Assembly (NCBI GenBank): GCA_964016885.1
Contig: OZ024740.1
Span: forward strand, 13,144,001 to 13,208,000
Direction of reading: 5' to 3'
Length of the DNA stretch: 64,000 nt
From: Eledone cirrhosa
Lineage: Eukaryota
The position numbers and the translations under genes are program-made. Each line of letters begins with the position of its first letter. Position 1 is the first letter of the stretch. Shown here piece after piece: positions 57,801 through 64,000 of the stretch. The notes under the pieces were generated by a model, which did not search any database, was not told the origin of the DNA, and was given only the letters and a program-made list of their open reading frames with translations.

Positions 57801-59587
57801 ACACATACAGGTAGGTGTTGTAGTGTAGTGCTAGGTAAACCCTGAGTTTAACACATACAGGTAGGTGTTGTAGTGTAGTGCTAGGTTAACCCTGAGTTTT
57901 AACACATAAAGGTAGGTGTTGTAGTGTAGTGCTAGGTTAACCCAGAGTTTTAACACATACAGGTAGGTGTTGTAGTTAGGTTAACCCAGAGTTTTAACAC
58001 ATACAGGTAGGTGTTGTAGTGTGGAGCTAGGTTAACCCAGAGTTTTAACACATACAGGTAGGTGTTGTAGTGTAGTGCTAGGTTAACACAGAGTTTTAAC
58101 ACATACAGTAGGTATTGTAGTGTAGTGCTAGGTTAACCCAGAGATTTGACACATACAGGTATGTGTTGTAGTGTAGTGTGGTGCTAGGTTAACCCAGATT
58201 TTTAACACTTACTGGTAGGTGTTGTAGTGTAGTGTGGTGCTAGGTTAACCCAGAGTTTAACACATACAGGCAGGTGTTTAGTGTAGTGTGGTGCTAGGTA
58301 AACCCTGAGTTTTAACTCATACAGGTAAGTATTGTAGTGTAGTGCTAGGTAAACCCAGTGTTTTAACACATACAGATAGGTATTGTAGTGTAGTGTAGTG
58401 CTAGGTTAACACAGAGTTTTAACACATACAGATAGGTATTTTAGTGTAGGGCTAGGTTAACACAGAGTTTTAACCCATACAGTAGGTATTGTAGTGTAGT
58501 GCTAGGCTAAACCAGAGTTTTGACACATACAGGTAGGTGTTGTAGTGTAGTGTGGTGCTAGGTTAACCAAGAGTTTTAACACATAGAGGTAGGTGTTTGA
58601 GTGTAGTGCTAGGTTAACCCAGAGTTTTAAAACATACAGGTAGGTGTTGTATTTTAGTGCTAGGTTAACCCAGAGTTTTAACAATATAAGTAGGTATTGT
58701 AGTGTAGTGCTAGGTTAACCCAGAGTTTAACACATACAGGTAGGTGTTGTAGTGTAGTGCTAGGTTACCCCAGAGTTTTAACACATACAGGTAGGTATTG
58801 TAGTGTAGTGCTAGGTTAACCCAGAGTTTTAACACATAGAGGTAGGTGTTGTCGTGTAGTGCGGTGCTAGGTTAACCCAGAGTTTTAACACATATAGGTC
58901 GGTTTTGTAGTGTGGTGCTAGGTTAACTCAGAGTTTTAACACATACAGGCAGGTGTTGTAGTGTAGTGCTAGGGTAACCCTGAGTCTTAACACATACAGA
59001 TAGGTGTTGTAGTGTAGTGCTAGGTAACCCCTGAGTTTAACACATACAGGTAGGTGTTGTAGAGTAGTGCTAGGTTAACCCTGAGTTTTAACACATAGAG
59101 GTAGGTGTTGTAGTGTAGTGCTAGGTTAACCCAGAGTTTAACACCTACAGGTAGGTGTTGTAGTGTAGTGTTGTGCTAGGTAAACCCTGAGTTTTAAAAC
59201 ATACAGGTAGGTGTTGTAGTGTAGTGTGGTGCTAGGTAAACCCTGAGATTTAACACATACAGGTAGGTGTTGTAGTGTAGTGCTAGGTAAACCCTGAGTT
59301 TTAACACATACAGGTAGGTGTTGTAGTGTAGTGTGGTGTAAGGTAAACCCTTTGTTTTAACACATACAGGTAGGTGTTGTAGTGTAGTATGGTACTAGGT
59401 AAACCCTGAGTTTTAACACATACAGGTAGGTGTTGTAGTGTAGTGTGGTGCTAGGTAAACCCTGAGTTTTAACAGATACAGGTAGGTGTTGTAGTGTAGT
59501 GTGGTGCTAGGTAAACCCTTTGTTTTAACACATACAGGTAGGTGTTGTAGTGTAGTGTGCTGCTAGGTAAACCCTGAGTTTTAACAC
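54875..59587. repeat. Copy 1 of a 4,713-bp near-identical tandem duplication
   Basis: Three identical pseudo-ORF pairs have offset 4713 (55675/60388, 56424/61137, 58502/63215). Rare variants recur at the same offset, e.g. AAGTAACTCCTGGGC at 55981/60694 and the deletion monomers at ~57500/62213. Confidence 0.95.
57031..57976. repeat. 473-bp (9-monomer) tandem duplication nested in the 4,713-bp unit; repeated at ~61744-62689
   Basis: ACACCT occurs at 57048 and 57521, followed by the same order of variants (GTATGG, ACAGAT, CCCTTTG, ACATAAAGG). Monomer lengths 5x56+50+51+51+41 sum to 473. Confidence 0.9.
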
Positions 59588-62500
59588 ATACAGGTAGGTG
59601 TTGTAGTGTAGTGCTAGGTAAACCCTGAGTTTAACACATACAGGTAGGTGTTGTAGTGTAGTGCTAGGTTAACCCTGAGTTTTAACACATACAGGTAGGT
59701 GTTGTAGTGTAGTGTGGTGCTAGATTAACCCAGAGTTTTAACACATACAGATAGGTGTTGTAGTGTAGTGCTAGGTTAATCCAGAGTTTTAACACATACA
59801 GTAGGTATTGTAGTGTAGTGCTAGGTTAACACAGAGTTTTAACACATACAGGTAGGTATTTTAGTGTAGTGCTAGGTTAACACAGAGTTTTAACACATAC
59901 AGTAGGTAATGTAGTGTAGCGCTAGGCTAACCCAGAGTTTTGACACATACAGGTAGGTGTTGTATTGTAGTGCTAGGTTAACCCAGAGTTTTAACAATAT
60001 AAGTAGGTATTGTAGTGTAGTGCTATGTTAACCCTGAGTTTAACACATACAGGTAGGTGCTGTAGTGTAGTGCTAGGTTACCCCAGAGTTTTAACACATA
60101 CAGGTAGGTATTGTAGTGTAGTGTTAGGTTAATCCTGAGTTTTAACGTATACAGGTAGGTGTTGTAGTGTAGTTCTTGGTAAACCCTGAGTTTAACACAT
60201 ACAGGTAGGTGTTGTAGTGTAGTGCTAGGTTAACCCAGAGTTTTGAAACATACAGGTAGGGATTTTATTGTAGTGATAGGTTAACCCAGAGTTTTAAAAC
60301 ATACAGGTAGGTATTGTAGTGTAGTTCAAGGTTAACACAGAGTTTTAACACATACAGGAAGGTGTTGTAGTGTAGTGCCAGGTTAACTCAGAGTTTTACC
60401 AAATACAGGTAAGTGTTGTAGTGTAGTGCAAGGTTAATCCAGAGTTTTACCACATACAGGTATGTGTTGTATTGTAGTGCTAGGTTAACCCAGAGTTTTA
60501 ACACATACAGGTAGGTATTGTAGTGTAGTGCTAGGTTAACCCAGAGTTTTAACAGATACAGGTAGGAATTGTAGTTTAGTGCTAGGTTAACCCAGAGTTT
60601 TAACACTTACAGGTAGGTGTTGTACTGTAGTGTGGTGCTAGGTTAACCCAGAGTTTAACACATACAGGCAGGTGTTTTGTGTAGTGTGGTGCTAAGTAAC
60701 TCCTGGGCTTTAACTCATACAGGTAGGTATTGTTGTGTAGTGCTAGGTAAACCCAGTGTTTTAACACATACAAGTAGGTATTGTAGTGTAGTGTGGTGCT
60801 AGGTAGACCCTGAGTTTTAACACATACAGGTAGGTATTGTAGTGTAGTACTAGGTTAACACAGAGTTTTAACACATACAGTTAGGTGTTGTAGTGTAGTG
60901 CTAGGTTAACCCAGAGTTTTAACACATACAGGTAGGTGTTGTAGTGTAGTGTTGTGCTAGGTAAACCCTGAGTTTTAACACACAAAAGTTGGTGTTCTAG
61001 TGTAGTGTGGTGCTAGGTAAATCCTTAATTTTAACACATATAAGTAGGTGTTGTAGTGTAGTGCTAGGTTAATCCAGAGTTTAGCAGATACAGTTAGGTG
61101 TTGTAGTGTAGTGTAGTTCTAGGTTAACACAGAGTTTTAACACATACAGGTAGGTGTTGTATTGTAGTGTAGTGCTAGGTTAACCCAGAGTTTTAATACA
61201 TACAGGTAGGTGTTGTAGTGTATTGCTAGTTTAACCCAGAGTTTAAACACATACAGGTAGGTGTTGTAGTGTAGTGCTAGTTTAACACAGAGTTTTAACA
61301 CATACAGGTAGGTGTTGAAGTGTAGTGCTATGTTAACCCAGAGTTTTAACACATAGAGGTAGGTGTTGTAGTGTAGTGCCAGGTTAACCCTGAGTTTGAA
61401 CACATAGAGGTAGGTGTTGTAGTGTAGTGCTAGGTTAACCCAGAGTTTTAACACATACAGGTAGGTGCTGTAGTGTAGTGTGGTGCTAGTTTAACCCAGA
61501 GTTTTAACACATATAGGTCGGTTTTGTAGTGTGGTGCTAGGTTAACTCAGAGTTTTAACACATACAGGCAGGTGTTGTAGTGTAGTGCTAGGGTAACCCT
61601 GAGTTTTGACACATACAGATAGGTGTTGTAGTGTAGTACTAGGTAAACCCCGAGTTTAACACATACAGGTAGGTGTTCTAGAGTAGTGCTTGGTTAACCC
61701 TGAGTTTTAACACATAGAGGTAGGTGTTGTAGTGTAGTGCTAGGTTAACCCAGAGTTTTAACACCTACAGGTAGGTGTTGTAGTGTAGTGTGGTGCTAGG
61801 TAAACCCTGAGTTTTAACACATACAGGTAGGTGTTGTAGTGTAGTATGGTGCTAGGTAAACCCTGAGATTTAACACATACAGGTAGGTGTTGTAGTGTAG
61901 TGTGGTGCTAGGTAAACCCTGAGTTTTAACAGATACAGGTAGGTGTTGTAGTGTAGTGTGGTGCTAGGTAAACCCTTTGTTTTAACACATAGAGGTAGGT
62001 GTTGTAGTGTAGTGTGGTGCTAGGTAAACCCTGAGTTTTAACACATACAGGTAGGTGTTGTAGTGTAGTGCTAGGTAAACCCTGAGTTTAACCAATACAG
62101 GTAGGTGTTGTAGTGTAGTGCTAGGTTAACCCTGAGTTTTAACACATAAAGGTAGGTGTTGTAGTGTAGTGCTAGGTTAACCCAGAGTTTTAACACATAC
62201 AGGTAGGTGTTGTAGTGTTAACCCAGAGTTTTAACACCTACAGGTAGGTGTTGTAGTGTAGTGTGGTGCTAGGTAAACCCTGAGTTTTAACACATACAGG
62301 TAGGTGTTGTAGTGTAGTATGGTGCTAGGTAAACCCTGAGTTTTAACACATACAGGTAGGTGTTGTAGTGTAGTGTGGTGCTAGGTAAACCCTGAGTTTT
62401 AACAGATACAGGTAGGTGTTGTAGTGTAGTGTGGTGCTAGGTAAACCCTTTGTTTTAACACATAGAGGTAGGTGTTGTAGTGTAGTGTGGTGCTAGGTAA

Positions 62501-64000
62501 ACCCTGAGTTTTAACACATACAGGTAGGTGTTGTAGTGTAGTGCTAGGTAAACCCTGAGTTTAACACATACAGGTAGGTGTTGTAGTGTAGTGCTAGGTT
62601 AACCCTGAGTTTTAACACATAAAGGTAGGTGTTGTAGTGTAGTGCTAGGTTAACCCAGAGTTTTAACACATACAGGTAGGTGTTGTAGTTAGGTTAACCC
62701 AGAGTTTTAACACATACAGGTAGGTGTTGTAGTGTGGAGCTAGGTTAACCCAGAGTTTTAACACATACAGGTAGGTGTTGTAGTGTAGTGCTAGGTTAAC
62801 ACAGAGTTTTAACACATACAGTAGGTATTGTAGTGTAGTGCTAGGTTAACCCAGAGATTTGACACATACAGGTATGTGTTGTAGTGTAGTGTGGTGCTAG
62901 GTTAACCCAGATTTTTAACACTTACTGGTAGGTGTTGTAGTGTAGTGTGGTGCTAGGTTAACCCAGAGTTTAACACATACAGGCAGGTGTTTAGTGTAGT
63001 GTGGTGCTAGGTAAACCCTGAGTTTTAACTCATACAGGTAAGTATTGTAGTGTAGTGCTAGGTAAACCCAGTGTTTTAACACATACAGATAGGTATTGTA
63101 GTGTAGTGTAGTGCTAGGTTAACACAGAGTTTTAACACATACAGATAGGTATTTTAGTGTAGGGCTAGGTTAACACAGAGTTTTAACCCATACAGTAGGT
63201 ATTGTAGTGTAGTGCTAGGCTAAACCAGAGTTTTGACACATACAGGTAGGTGTTGTAGTGTAGTGTGGTGCTAGGTTAACCAAGAGTTTTAACACATAGA
63301 GGTAGGTGTTTGAGTGTAGTGCTAGGTTAACCCAGAGTTTTAAAACATACAGGTAGGTGTTGTATTTTAGTGCTAGGTTAACCCAGAGTTTTAACAATAT
63401 AAGTAGGTATTGTAGTGTAGTGCTAGGTTAACCCAGAGTTTAACACATACAGGTAGGTGTTGTAGTGTAGTGCTAGGTTACCCCAGAGTTTTAACACATA
63501 CAGGTAGGTATTGTAGTGTAGTGCTAGGTTAACCCAGAGTTTTAACACATAGAGGTAGGTGTTGTCGTGTAGTGCGGTGCTAGGTTAACCCAGAGTTTTA
63601 ACACATATAGGTCGGTTTTGTAGTGTGGTGCTAGGTTAACTCAGAGTTTTAACACATACAGGCAGGTGTTGTAGTGTAGTGCTAGGGTAACCCTGAGTCT
63701 TAACACATACAGATAGGTGTTGTAGTGTAGTGCTAGGTAACCCCTGAGTTTAACACATACAGGTAGGTGTTGTAGAGTAGTGCTAGGTTAACCCTGAGTT
63801 TTAACACATAGAGGTAGGTGTTGTAGTGTAGTGCTAGGTTAACCCAGAGTTTAACACCTACAGGTAGGTGTTGTAGTGTAGTGTTGTGCTAGGTAAACCC
63901 TGAGTTTTAAAACATACAGGTAGGTGTTGTAGTGTAGTGTGGTGCTAGGTAAACCCTGAGATTTAACACATACAGGTAGGTGTTGTAGTGTAGTGCTAGG
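59588..64000. repeat. Copy 2 of the 4,713-bp duplication, cut off by the window end
   Basis: The last bases of the window match the sequence ending at 59287. All spot-checked variants are shared, with one visible difference (55074 G vs 59787 T). Confidence 0.95.

Larger units (their letters stand above)
1..64000. repeat. Tandem satellite DNA array with a 51-bp consensus monomer and 50/55/56-bp length variants; runs off both ends of the window
   Basis: Every line consists of variants of GGTTAACCCAGAGTTTTAACACATACAGGTAGGTGTTGTAGTGTAGTGCTA, all in one orientation. The 17-aa periodicity of the ORF track (LALHYNTYLYVLKLWVN) confirms the 51-bp period. No unique sequence was seen. Confidence 0.99.
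50000..64000. repeat. Sub-domain D: higher-order repeat rich in 56-bp GGTAAACCCT-type monomers
   Basis: GGTCGGTTTTG occurs at 50576, 52725, 54296, 56803, 58897, 61516 and 63610. GTGGAGCTAGG, AAACCCCGAG and AAACCCTTTG variants were seen only here. Confidence 0.85.

Noticed and set aside
933-63397. All listed minus-strand ORFs as protein-coding genes
   Set aside because: They are translations of the satellite monomer. Starts are mostly GTG/TTG-type codons inside the repeat, ends fall at frameshifting monomers, and there is no unique domain or gene context.
1-64000. CRISPR array or other repeat-spacer system
   Set aside because: There are no unique spacers, since the whole period is conserved. 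No leader or cas genes are present.
1-64000. Telomeric repeat array (TAACCC, TAAACCCT or TTAGG motifs in the monomer)
   Set aside because: Only single isolated units occur per monomer, never tandem runs, so chance similarity is sufficient.
1-64000. Hidden transposon, unique island or strand switch within the array
   Set aside because: Reading through the window I found no non-satellite segment and no reverse-orientation monomers. All ORFs remain on one strand throughout. Very short insertions could have been missed.
1-64000. Diversity-generating or antigenic-variation cassette system (variable repeat peptides)
   Set aside because: There is no reverse transcriptase, recombinase or expression locus. 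Variation is not adenine-specific, and frameshifting length variants are common.

Overview
The whole 64 kb window is one uninterrupted head-to-tail tandem satellite array in a single orientation, most likely eukaryotic heterochromatin. I cannot name the organism or the satellite family. The consensus monomer is 51 bp (GGTTAACCCAGAGTTTTAACACATACAGGTAGGTGTTGTAGTGTAGTGCTA, 21/51 GC, no CpG), with common 56-bp (+GTAGT/GTGGT), 55-bp and 50-bp variants, giving roughly 1,200 monomers (estimated from length). I found no genes, RNA genes, transposon insertions, inversions or CRISPR array. The minus-strand ORFs are artefacts of a 17-codon monomer with one stop-free frame. The structure worth attention is inside the repeat. 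(i) Diagnostic monomer variants define about four sub-domains with irregular higher-order repeats: ~3.9-4.0 kb periods on the left, 5.8/6.9/12.5 kb offsets in the middle and a near-perfect 4,713-bp tandem duplication on the right. (ii) Each monomer holds three overlapping quasi-palindromes, and many recurrent variants perfect them. (iii) A 473-bp duplication has deletion scars at the same breakpoint at both ends. I found no new protein-coding system, and the mechanistic readings below are inferences that need computation.
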